Source: a virus (Duplodnaviria; Caudoviricetes). Taken from it: DNA of 64,000 bases. The DNA lies in IMG/VR virus record IMGVR_UViG_3300023174_000037; one strand, written 5' to 3'. The notes under the pieces are model-generated. The model was not told where the DNA came from and ran no database searches. It saw only the letters and a list, made by a program, of their open reading frames with translations. Shown piece after piece: positions 57,001 to 64,000 of this stretch; within the stretch, counting starts at the first letter, position 1, and the number at the start of each line of letters is the position of its first letter. The translations under genes were made by a program, and so were the position numbers.

Positions 57001-58163
57001 AGATTAATGTTGCCTGCACCTGTGACAATGTTCATTGCGTTGGCATCATAGATATTAGTGCTTACAACCAAGTTAGCGCCTGTGATGTTGCCTGTGGCAC
57101 TTACTTGTCCACCGGTGAGCACATTGCCACCAGTAATGTTGGCAACACCGGTTATGTTGCCTGTGGCTGACACTTGTCCGCCAGTTAAGATGTTGCCACC
57201 GGTGATGTTGGCACTGGCAACCACTGTGGTTGAATTTACTGCTGACGTGATGTTGGCATTGCCGCCAACCAAGTTGCCGCTGGCACTTACTGTAACGCCC
57301 TGAACCAAAGCGGCACCAATCAAGTTGCCACCGTTTACGTTGCCTGTGGCTGAAACTAGGCCGCCTGTTAATACGTTGCCACCGGTTACGTTACCCGTAG
57401 CACTTACAAATCCACTGGCGTTGACGTTAACTACGTTAATGTTTCCAGAAAGAGAAATGTTACCTATCACTGCATTGCCTGCAATTACATTGCCACCGGT
57501 TACGTTACCTGTAGCACTTACGTTGCCAGCGGTTAAAATATTACCACCAGTGATATTGCTTGTAGCACTTACGAGGCCGCCTGTTAAAAGATTAGCACCT
57601 GTGATGTTAGCACTCGAAGTGATTGTTGATGTAGCACTGATTAACCCTGGAGTTAAAAAGTTACCGCCAGTGATATTACCAGTAAAGTTTGTGTTTGTTC
57701 CAATTACGTTGCCAACTAGGCTTGTAGTTCCTTGAGCCGTAAAGTTACCTGTTTGTAAATTGGCATAACTGGAGATGTTGAATACTGTGTTAGAAACTGT
57801 GGTGTTGCTTAAGGCTGTTACAAATCCAAGCTGACTTTCTTTCCAACCCAACACTGCTGAAAGTTGGCTACCACGTAGGCCAATTGTACCAATATCTAGT
57901 GTAGGAGAACCCGATGTTTGTCCGTCAGCTAGAGTGATCAACGGATCTTGGATCAGGGTGTTGACTGTGTCAACAGTGGTTGTTTGACCTTGAACAGTCA
58001 AGTTGCCTGTAACAGTCAAATCACTACCGTAGGTCAAATTGTTGGCAATTCGAGTAGCGGTAATTGAATAGGCCTGTAGTTTGGTGCCAGCATTGAGACC
58101 GACTATGGTATTGCCAGTAATCGCATCAGTTACCTGATTGTTATTAATTCTAGTCACGGCCAT
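54099..58163 (-). CDS. Tail fibre-like protein (1354 aa) with ADLAE C-terminal domain
   Basis: LTGGLISATGNITGGN repeats, GTRILVKDQ...QNGVY domain, SAQYADLAE...ALTGRVP...IGKAL. Confidence 0.8.
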   Translation of the reverse strand: MAVTRINNNQVTDAITGNTIVGLNAGTKLQAYSITATRIANNLTYGSDLTVTGNLTVQGQTTTVDTVNTLIQDPLITLADGQTSGSPTLDIGTIGLRGSQLSAVLGWKESQLGFVTALSNTTVSNTVFNISSYANLQTGNFTAQGTTSLVGNVIGTNTNFTGNITGGNFLTPGLISATSTITSSANITGANLLTGGLVSATSNITGGNILTAGNVSATGNVTGGNVIAGNAVIGNISLSGNINVVNVNASGFVSATGNVTGGNVLTGGLVSATGNVNGGNLIGAALVQGVTVSASGNLVGGNANITSAVNSTTVVASANITGGNILTGGQVSATGNITGVANITGGNVLTGGQVSATGNITGANLVVSTNIYDANAMNIVTGAGNINLSPAGNIVLNTTYINGLQLTPVQDGDAASKYYVDTIATTGITIHQAVFAATISNLAAATGGTVTYAQPNGVANGVGATLTTTGSYTFIDTANVQTVGTRILVKDQANAVQNGVYVYSNSTVITRSTDTDQYGADSTDSFSINDYFFTTNGNVNAGTAFVVTAPPGVITFGTSNIQFGVFSSSQVYTANTQAGLILNGTVFSAKVDNNTTAFDGGGNISVKAGANLTTPNIGAATGTSLSVTGTVTAASVAGGVITGTSASLSGNVTGGNLLTGGLISATSTITSGANITGANILTGGLVSATSNITGGNILTGGLISATGNISTGANSIVSGFQTVTGNVTGGNILTGGLISSTGNITSAANISGGNANITTQINTTSVSASGNIRTAGTVSATGNIDGGNVLTGGLVSATGNVTTANLILTSGFIDGPAAGRITINGSDADTDFAVDGDTLANVFYVDAGTGTASFGNSTQITNAITSFNVTSSIVIPRGNILQRPATGVTGMMRFNSTTNSLEIYNNTDWIGVGSTVFTVITDQQFNGNGVATQFTLANASTTASTIVSINGVLQIPTSAYSVANVTLTFTEAPAAGDLIDVRALTTTSTLTSIQNVSGNASIAVSDTSATTTITGDLSVTGNATVLGNVATDTILNGTTQVQIPDANQDVHFDINGVNEVFLVGQFDSRFMGNVNPQANVTYNLGNTTNRWNDLWLANSTIYMGNARISANTTSLIFTNPQGGQTVLAGSTATSSVSGNVTGGNLITGGEVVATGNISGGNLIITGNIFDSSSSLNISTTATNANIQLLPNGTGNVNIGANIMPTANATSNIGSASLSYNTIFAKATSAQYADLAEKYTADAEYVPGTVLVFGGSAEVTVNAVAGDTKVAGVVSTNPSYIMNSGLESTHVATVALTGRVPTMVMGPVRKGDLMVAAGLGRARAEADPRVGSVIGKALEDFDGAEGTIEVVVGRF

Positions 58164-58382
58164 TTTTTTCTCCAGTTGGCTTCTTTCTATTGCACTTTCA
58201 CTGCATTTGCAGTGAAATAATAAACTTTTGCTCGTTCCAATACGGGCTATATGTTATTTAGCGCGGCCGTGGGAAAACAGTTCTCTGTGCCTATTATTCA
58301 CTGCGGAGCTAATGTGTGTGGAGAACTATTGGGGGTTATAAATTGTAGAATAACAATTGGGTGAACTGTTATTTATCTGATT
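58164..58382 (-). ncRNA. Candidate structured RNA leader with competing helices
   Basis: No ATG-initiated ORF seen on the sense strand; two TAAATA boxes (58255, 58370); several inverted repeats including a 22-nt near-perfect palindrome 58196-58217. Confidence 0.4.
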
Positions 58383-60056
58383 TTACAAGAATCTGATGTC
58401 TATAACGTCACCGGTTCCGGGCGCTTCTGAAAACACCAAATTAGTGCTAGGACTAGGCGTCATCACATAAGATTGACCTGGAACCTGCGTGATACCATTC
58501 AGCATGATTAATGCGGCAGCTGTGGTTGTGCTACGATCTAGGGTAAATGTGGTAGTTGTTCCGTCACCGTTGAGTATTTGATTGGTAACACCTGCAACAA
58601 CAGTATCCCATTCTGTGCCGTCATACACTTCTACGCGACTGCTTTCTGTGTTAAATCTAATGGTGCCTGTGGTTGCTGGGCTTGGACGCTGGGCAGTGTT
58701 GCCTACCGGAACAGCTATGCCTGTTGTGGTATTGACATAAACAATGCCTGTGCCCGTGGGTTGTAAAACAACATTGCCAATGGTTCCATCTGTGGTTATG
58801 GTGGTGTTGGCCAAGCTCAGATTGGCAATATTGCCAACTGTGGCAAAAATATTGCCAAATATGTTGCCGCCATAGATATTACCGGTGCCAGAAACTGTGC
58901 CGGATCCAAAAAGCACATTGCCTGCAGTCACATTGCCCACGGTGGTAAATCCACCGGCTGTTACTGCTCCGGTGGCTGATATCAATCCACCTGTAAGAAT
59001 GTTGCTACCTATGATATTGCCATTGGCAGTAATATCAGCGTTGGCATAAATGTTGTTACCAACAAGTAAGTTACCTGTGCCATCAATCGTTGTCATCCAT
59101 TGAGTGGTTTGAGTGTTGCCAGTTACAAGTTGTATGGCACCATACATGTCATTGAAGTTTATGTAGGCAATGTCGGTTATGCCTGGAGCAGTATCTTCCC
59201 AACCTATCTGCAAGGTATCTCCAGATCCAAACACCTTGATTTCACTGTGATCTCCAGCTACTACTATGTCTGGGTTGATTCCTATTTTTAGATTGGCTGT
59301 TGTAAAAAAAGTATTGGCTGTGGCGTTACCTACGATAATCACAGAGTTACTGGTCTTGTCAAATGTGAATCCAGCTGTGGCATTGGCCGTTCCTGCGTCG
59401 TTGAATATGACCTCGGTATTGCCCCCAGGTGCGCTAATGTTGCCTGAAATATTACCAACAAAATTAGCGGCATAAACATTGCCAGCGGTGCTGACATTGC
59501 CGGCTGTGAGATTGCCGGTGGCGGAAATCTCACCAGTGGTCAGTATGTTACCTCCAAACACATTGCCGGCAACATTGAGATTGGCTATGTTGGCTGTGGC
59601 ATTGACAGTGAGCAGATTAGCTGTAGTGTTGAATGTAAAGTTGGCTGTGGCGCCAAATTGGCTGTTGTTATTGAACTGAATTTCGGTATTGGATCCAGCT
59701 GGTTCCTGCAGGTCCCAGGGTGCGCCGTTGGCGTAAAGCAAGTTATTGGTCAGCACGTTGCCTGCGGCTACGTTGCCTACAGTGCTGACGTTACCTACTA
59801 CAACATTGCCTGCAATGTTGGCAGTATCAGCACTGATATTGTTGATTGCTACAACATTGCCACCAATAACATTTCCAACCGCGCTAATGATAACATTTGA
59901 AAATATATTGTTGGCTAAAATATTGCCATTTACATCCAATTGTTCTGCAGGAGAATTGGTGTTTATACCAACATTGGCATTGGCAATAGATATATCAATG
60001 CCATCTCTTTCAAGAATGCCTGATAAGATTTGCCCTTTTACGTAGTTAACTGCCAT
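58383..60056 (-). CDS. Fibre-like structural protein
   Basis: G/N/T/A-rich repeats; PVGNTAQRP...RFNT module and GDGTTTTFTL module. Confidence 0.7.
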   Translation of the reverse strand: MAVNYVKGQILSGILERDGIDISIANANVGINTNSPAEQLDVNGNILANNIFSNVIISAVGNVIGGNVVAINNISADTANIAGNVVVGNVSTVGNVAAGNVLTNNLLYANGAPWDLQEPAGSNTEIQFNNNSQFGATANFTFNTTANLLTVNATANIANLNVAGNVFGGNILTTGEISATGNLTAGNVSTAGNVYAANFVGNISGNISAPGGNTEVIFNDAGTANATAGFTFDKTSNSVIIVGNATANTFFTTANLKIGINPDIVVAGDHSEIKVFGSGDTLQIGWEDTAPGITDIAYINFNDMYGAIQLVTGNTQTTQWMTTIDGTGNLLVGNNIYANADITANGNIIGSNILTGGLISATGAVTAGGFTTVGNVTAGNVLFGSGTVSGTGNIYGGNIFGNIFATVGNIANLSLANTTITTDGTIGNVVLQPTGTGIVYVNTTTGIAVPVGNTAQRPSPATTGTIRFNTESSRVEVYDGTEWDTVVAGVTNQILNGDGTTTTFTLDRSTTTAAALIMLNGITQVPGQSYVMTPSPSTNLVFSEAPGTGDVIDIRFL

Positions 60057-60086
60057 AGATTATCCCTGTATAGGATATTTAGTTGA

Positions 60087-60485
60087 TTAACTACTGGTGT
60101 GAATTACATTGATTGGCACTGTATTTGGTGGTGCTGATGTGAATGTAATGTCGTAACCACCATTGACTGTGTAACTTGTAGCTGGATCTTGATAGATCGA
60201 TCCTACAAATACTATGATATTTTGTGCTACACTTTCTGCTATGCTCATTGTAAACACTGTTTGAACGCCATTGCCAGTGAAGTCATCTACTGTGTAACTG
60301 ATACTGCCACTAGGACTCAAGCTACCCCAGACGCTTCCATTGTAAAATTCAACTAATCCCAAATCAGTGTTGTATCGAATCATGCCAAAGTTTGGAATAA
60401 CAGGCCGTTGTGCCGCAGATCCGGTGGGTATCACAACACCACTACTACCAGACTCTAGTCGTCGATTTTTTACAAAATAACCCAT
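60087..60485 (-). CDS. Small structural protein
   Basis: PTGSAAQRP...RYNTD module plus FTGNGVQTVFT module. Confidence 0.65.
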   Translation of the reverse strand: MGYFVKNRRLESGSSGVVIPTGSAAQRPVIPNFGMIRYNTDLGLVEFYNGSVWGSLSPSGSISYTVDDFTGNGVQTVFTMSIAESVAQNIIVFVGSIYQDPATSYTVNGGYDITFTSAPPNTVPINVIHTSS

Positions 60486-60814
60486 TAAATTGTTGTGTAT
60501 GAAACTACAGCATTAAGAGTGTTAGCCGACGAGTTAGCGAAAATTGTGTCGCCGTTAGCTAACAACAGTTTTTCGCCGCCAACATAAATTTGATATGTGT
60601 CGCCACCTGTTGTATTGGCCGCAGACAAGATGTCAAGACTTGCTATAACAAGATTAACGTTGCTTGGTGATGATCCGCTTGGCACAACCCAAACATTGGC
60701 CGAAACATCAGCATTGCCATAGTTGGTCATTGTTAGCCATGTGATCGCCGTGTTGCCGCCACTGGTATACACAGTGTTGCCGGTTGTAGTTACATAAGAT
60801 GTTGCTATTGTCAT
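60485..60814 (-). CDS. Small beta-rich structural protein
   Basis: 109 aa in the late operon. Confidence 0.6.
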   Translation of the reverse strand: MTIATSYVTTTGNTVYTSGGNTAITWLTMTNYGNADVSANVWVVPSGSSPSNVNLVIASLDILSAANTTGGDTYQIYVGGEKLLLANGDTIFANSSANTLNAVVSYTTI

Positions 60815-60823
60815 TGTTGTTCC

Positions 60824-61429
60824 TTAAAATATAATTGCAAATACTATGGCTTTGCTTTTGCTGACCAGCTCGTCGTTGGCTGATGCAGATGTAAAGTATA
60901 GACCGGTGCCACCTGATCCTGTAACGTTGCTGTATAGTGCCACAGCATTGGCCACGTTGGCTGGAGTGGCGGTGTTGCCAAAAACTTGATAGCCCAACAT
61001 GGTCAACTTGTTGTTGCCATAATCAAATGTTAAATTAGCACTGGCTCCAAAGGTGCCACCTTGGTTGAACTGTATCTGTGTGTTGGATCCAGCAGCATTG
61101 GCTGTAGATGATGTAGTTAAAATATTTGCATAGGCCGCAACAGGAACACCGTTGCCATAAACACTACTGCTAATCTGCCAGGCATTTGCACTAACATCAA
61201 ATCTAAGTCCAGCCCAGGCAGTGTTGGCAACTTTGGTTGCTACCAAGCCCATATCATTAACTGTGCCAGTATTATTAGCGGCTACAATAATAAATGCGTC
61301 ATTAACAGCAATATCACTGACGTAGGTAATGTTACCAGCCACGTCCAAGTTACCGTCAATATAAATTGTGCCTTGTCCGCTGTCTACGGTAATGTACCAG
61401 TCACTGCTAATATTCTTATAGGTTGCCAT
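60824..61429 (-). CDS. Fibre-like structural protein
   Basis: AGSNTQIQFN...FGASANLTF motif shared with 58383..60056; TAAATA 61447-61452. Confidence 0.65.
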   Translation of the reverse strand: MATYKNISSDWYITVDSGQGTIYIDGNLDVAGNITYVSDIAVNDAFIIVAANNTGTVNDMGLVATKVANTAWAGLRFDVSANAWQISSSVYGNGVPVAAYANILTTSSTANAAGSNTQIQFNQGGTFGASANLTFDYGNNKLTMLGYQVFGNTATPANVANAVALYSNVTGSGGTGLYFTSASANDELVSKSKAIVFAIIF

Positions 61430-61477
61430 TTACAGATCCTTTTTGTTATTTATGCGGTCTACAACGGCAATAGTCAT

Positions 61478-61506
61478 AAAAAATCCCCACCGCAGCAGGG
61501 ATTTTT
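61478..61506. terminator. Rho-independent (possibly bidirectional) terminator
   Basis: AAAAAATCCC...GGGATTTTTT stem. Confidence 0.75.
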
Positions 61507-61521
61507 TGGATACTACATAAA

Positions 61522-62469
61522 TTACGAAGTGTAATTTTGAACATCACCCAATGTAAGATCACCAGTACCATTGGCCCAGGTTTCTGTTTCTGCACCAGAT
61601 TTAACAGTGGTAGAAACAGCTTCGCTAAACGTAAGGCCCCGTGTGTTACCAGCCGCAGTAACAATGTTAGCAGCACCTTCAGACGCAGCCAACTGAAATG
61701 CTGTTGTGCCGTTGGTATCAACAACATAATAAGTTGTTGGGTTAACATAACCAGTAATTGTAGCATTACCTGTTAACGATCCGCTGACATTGATCAGTTG
61801 ACCAGTTGTAAAGGAACTAGCATTGGCTGTAAACCAACCTGAAGAATTGGCAACAGCAACACTGGCGAGAGTAACAGCTGCTGAATCTCCAGCCACAAAG
61901 AAGTTAACCGCATAACGAACCGGTGTAGCCGAATTATCCCAAATATACTTGTTGGTCAAACGAGTGGCGTAGATTGCAGTTCCGTCAGCATTGAATACCA
62001 TATTCATTTCGCCGCTGTTGATTGTGGCGTTTCCAACTAAATTGCATTGAGCCACCGCAGTAGCAGTGCCTGTACCAGATCCTATGCCTGTGGCTGTGAA
62101 TATTGTGCCAACTGTTGGTGTAGCAGGTCCACCAATTGCTGTCCAATTGGTATCGCCTACACTAAGAATTCGATAGCTGTAACCAACTGTGAAACTTCCT
62201 GCACTGACCGAAGTTGCATCTGTCACTAGATACTTGGTAGTGCCTTTCTGTGTGATAATGTAAGCTGCACCTTGAACACTGTTGATATTGGCTGTAATTT
62301 TAACCACTGGATAATCAGCAGTAGCAATGCCAACATTAGCGCCACCAACCACGCCTAAGAATTCGGTAGACGTCAGTCCGGTTGGAATAACTGCTGCTGT
62401 TAAGTTACCAAAGTCATTGAAACCAATGTCAACGGTAGTAGATTGTTTAATTTTAAGTGGACGACCCAT
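61522..62469 (-). CDS. Putative virion structural protein
   Basis: 315 aa, MGRPLK N-terminus, strong AAGGAG RBS, late promoter and terminator. Confidence 0.65.
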   Translation of the reverse strand: MGRPLKIKQSTTVDIGFNDFGNLTAAVIPTGLTSTEFLGVVGGANVGIATADYPVVKITANINSVQGAAYIITQKGTTKYLVTDATSVSAGSFTVGYSYRILSVGDTNWTAIGGPATPTVGTIFTATGIGSGTGTATAVAQCNLVGNATINSGEMNMVFNADGTAIYATRLTNKYIWDNSATPVRYAVNFFVAGDSAAVTLASVAVANSSGWFTANASSFTTGQLINVSGSLTGNATITGYVNPTTYYVVDTNGTTAFQLAASEGAANIVTAAGNTRGLTFSEAVSTTVKSGAETETWANGTGDLTLGDVQNYTS

Positions 62470-62489
62470 TTTGTTTTCTCCTTAAAGAA

Positions 62490-62567
62490 GTCCCATGTGG
62501 GTTCTAGCCCACTACGCGGCTGGGTTAAGAGCCGCATAAAACGCATGATTGCGTTGACAAGTATTTA
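62490..62567 (-). ncRNA. Candidate three-hairpin structured 5' UTR
   Basis: Stems AACGCA/TGCGTT (62540-62555), GCGGCT/AGCCGC (62516-62535), GTGGG/CCCAC (62497-62512) between TAAATA (62562-62567) and the RBS. Confidence 0.5.
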
Positions 62568-62616
62568 TGGCTAATATATATTTTACAGGTGTTGCTGTAG
62601 CCCATTAAATATGATC

Positions 62617-63762
62617 ATGAACACAGAACTTTTAATAGCGCACGGCAACACTGCCAGAGAAGAAAACAACCCCGAACTGGCACTAAAATACTATGCCCAA
62701 GCCCTAACTGAAGATCGTAATTCAGCATCAGCATTCAACAACTACGGCAACGTGTTACGCGAATTGGGTGATCCTGTGGGTGCTGTACCATTCTTACAAC
62801 GAAGTATACAATTGTCACCTACACACCCAACTGCACAGTTTAATTTGGCTGTGGCTTATCTACTAGCCGGTGATTATGCTCAAGGATGGCCACAGTACGA
62901 AAGTCGTTGGAACTACGAGCACTTGGCAGGTGCATTGCCCAATTATCCACAACCTAGATGGACTGGGCAAGACGTCAAGGATAAAACTGTGTTGGTAGTG
63001 GGTGAACAAGGACACGGCGACAATATACAATTTGTTCGATTCATAGGTGACATAGTCAGTCGCGGCGCACGGGTAATATTAACGTTGAATTCAAGTCTTC
63101 GTCCGTTGATACTTGGTCCTTCTATTCCAACAATTTTGGTTGAAGGTGATCCATTACCCGAGTTTGACTACTGGATTCCTATTATGAGTATCCCAGGAGT
63201 AATTGGATCAACTGTTGAAAATATTGCCAATGTGCAATACTATCTAACTGCTGATGCTCAATTACAAAAACAATGGCAAACTGTATTAGGACATAAAACA
63301 CGACTGCGTATAGGGTTTTGTTGGAGTGGTCGCAGAGACACCTGGATCAATCGTCACAAAGCCATGCCATTTGAAACTATGCTAGAATTAATCAAACGCA
63401 ATCCTGGCTACGAGTGGGTCAATTTACAATGTGATTGCACCGCAGAAGAAGAAGCTGAACTAGTGGCCGCTGGTGTTCGAGCATATCCAGGTGCTATACA
63501 AAGTTTCGCTGACTCGGCCGCATTGATCATGCACATGGATGTGGTGCTCAGTGTTGACACTGCGGTAGCCCACTTGGCCGGTGCACTGGGCCGACCTGTA
63601 TGGATAATGTTGAGTCAGTATGCCCTTGACTGGCGTTGGTTACTTGATAGAGATTCGAGCCCGTGGTATTCAACTGCTAGATTGTTCCGTCAACCTAAGA
63701 TGGGCGATTGGGTTAGTGTTACAGACAAAATACACAAATTCCTAAGTTGGTATAAAATTTAA
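62617..63762 (+). CDS. TPR-repeat glycosyltransferase (GT9-like C-terminal domain)
   Basis: Three N-terminal TPRs; WTG...EQGHGDNIQF, RIGFCWSG, SVDTAVAHLAGALG, WRW...SPWY..RLFRQ. Confidence 0.9.
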   Translation: MNTELLIAHGNTAREENNPELALKYYAQALTEDRNSASAFNNYGNVLRELGDPVGAVPFLQRSIQLSPTHPTAQFNLAVAYLLAGDYAQGWPQYESRWNYEHLAGALPNYPQPRWTGQDVKDKTVLVVGEQGHGDNIQFVRFIGDIVSRGARVILTLNSSLRPLILGPSIPTILVEGDPLPEFDYWIPIMSIPGVIGSTVENIANVQYYLTADAQLQKQWQTVLGHKTRLRIGFCWSGRRDTWINRHKAMPFETMLELIKRNPGYEWVNLQCDCTAEEEAELVAAGVRAYPGAIQSFADSAALIMHMDVVLSVDTAVAHLAGALGRPVWIMLSQYALDWRWLLDRDSSPWYSTARLFRQPKMGDWVSVTDKIHKFLSWYKI

Positions 63763-64000
63763 TCGTACACTTGATCTACAAACTGTTGGTTTATACCGTA
63801 TCTTATCAACATCGATCGAGTAACATCAATACATCTTGGATCTTCTAATTTTCTGCTGTGCTTCCAAACAATACGCTCAGGATTTTGATCGAAATCAACT
63901 ACTGACTCAAGCATTCCATCGTATGTCTGATGAGTCCACCCACCACTAACTAGCAATGGCCACTTTTTAGGATGTTTGTGCCACAGTATCTCACTGTTGT
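63759..64000 (-). CDS. Hypothetical protein, 5' end outside the window
   Basis: The frame of track ORF 63759..63956 stays open to the window edge (NSEILWHKHPKKWPLLVSGG...). Confidence 0.6.
   Translation of the reverse strand, partial: NSEILWHKHPKKWPLLVSGGWTHQTYDGMLESVVDFDQNPERIVWKHSRKLEDPRCIDVTRSMLIRYGINQQFVDQVYD

Larger units (their letters stand above)
1070..62611. promoter_or_regulatory. T4-type late promoter motif TAAATA, about 20 copies in intergenic positions
   Basis: At 1070, 5740, 5779, 12754, 19630, 22863, 30282, 30778, 33474, 36972, 37032, 39358, 40865, 45549, 54040, 58255, 58370, 60076, 61447, 62562, 62606, always oriented into the downstream gene. Confidence 0.85.

Noticed and set aside
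44709-58163. Diversity-generating retroelement suggested by the Mtd-like domain and repeats
   Set aside because: No reverse transcriptase in the window; the exact repeats are identical rather than adenine-specific variants; Mtd_N is only the anchor domain
45962-59900. Many long plus-strand ORFs (PVTLPVALT..., PVITPPT...)
   Set aside because: Antisense shadows of Gly/Thr/Val/Asn codon repeats lacking stop codons; no promoters or RBS
1-64000. Stop-codon reassignment
   Set aside because: Core genes are full length in the standard code; TAA, TGA (ATGA overlaps) and TAG (25572) all end recognisable proteins
1-64000. tRNA, rRNA or self-cleaving ribozyme genes
   Set aside because: No cloverleaf/T-loop signature or hammerhead core seen in the few intergenic regions; not excluded without a covariance-model scan
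1-64000. Prophage or host chromosomal DNA
   Set aside because: No integrase, att site or bacterial housekeeping synteny; T4-like late promoters throughout indicate a lytic phage genome segment

Overview
The whole 64 kb is a contiguous piece of a large, T4-related lytic myophage genome (large/jumbo-phage-like), read in the standard genetic code and mostly encoded on the minus strand. It contains: (1) a replication/recombination module (gp41/DnaB helicase, gp61-like primase, a 192-aa minimal DnaE-like protein, a probable gp62 clamp-loader subunit, UvsW, UvsY, UvsX/RecA, gp32 SSB); (2) a packaging/head-internal module (gp17, probable gp16, gp4, several acidic proteins with T4-like capsid-targeting N-termini, a signal-peptide-bearing NucA-type nuclease); (3) tail/neck genes (gp19, a gp19-fold paralogue, a 1147-aa gp18, gp13, gp14, gp15); (4) an 18-kb cluster of Gly/Thr/Ser/Val/Asn-rich fibre genes including a ~2820-aa repeat protein; and (5) dispersed modification enzymes (four radical SAM proteins with an N-terminal Cys-cluster domain, SDR, sulfotransferase-like protein, methyltransferase, cytidylyltransferase-cupin fusion, TPR-glycosyltransferase). 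No major capsid, portal, family B polymerase, tRNA, CRISPR array, integrase or reverse transcriptase is recognisable in this window. The most striking things read directly from the DNA are: six sigma70-type promoters and about eight TAAATA late promoters placed 4-9 nt upstream of an ATG (apparently widespread leaderless mRNAs); a minimal Pol III-type catalytic core; a putative protease-processed glycine-zipper polyprotein; several structured RNA leaders; and a candidate virion glycosylation/modification system. All family assignments are from motif recognition by eye, not database searches.
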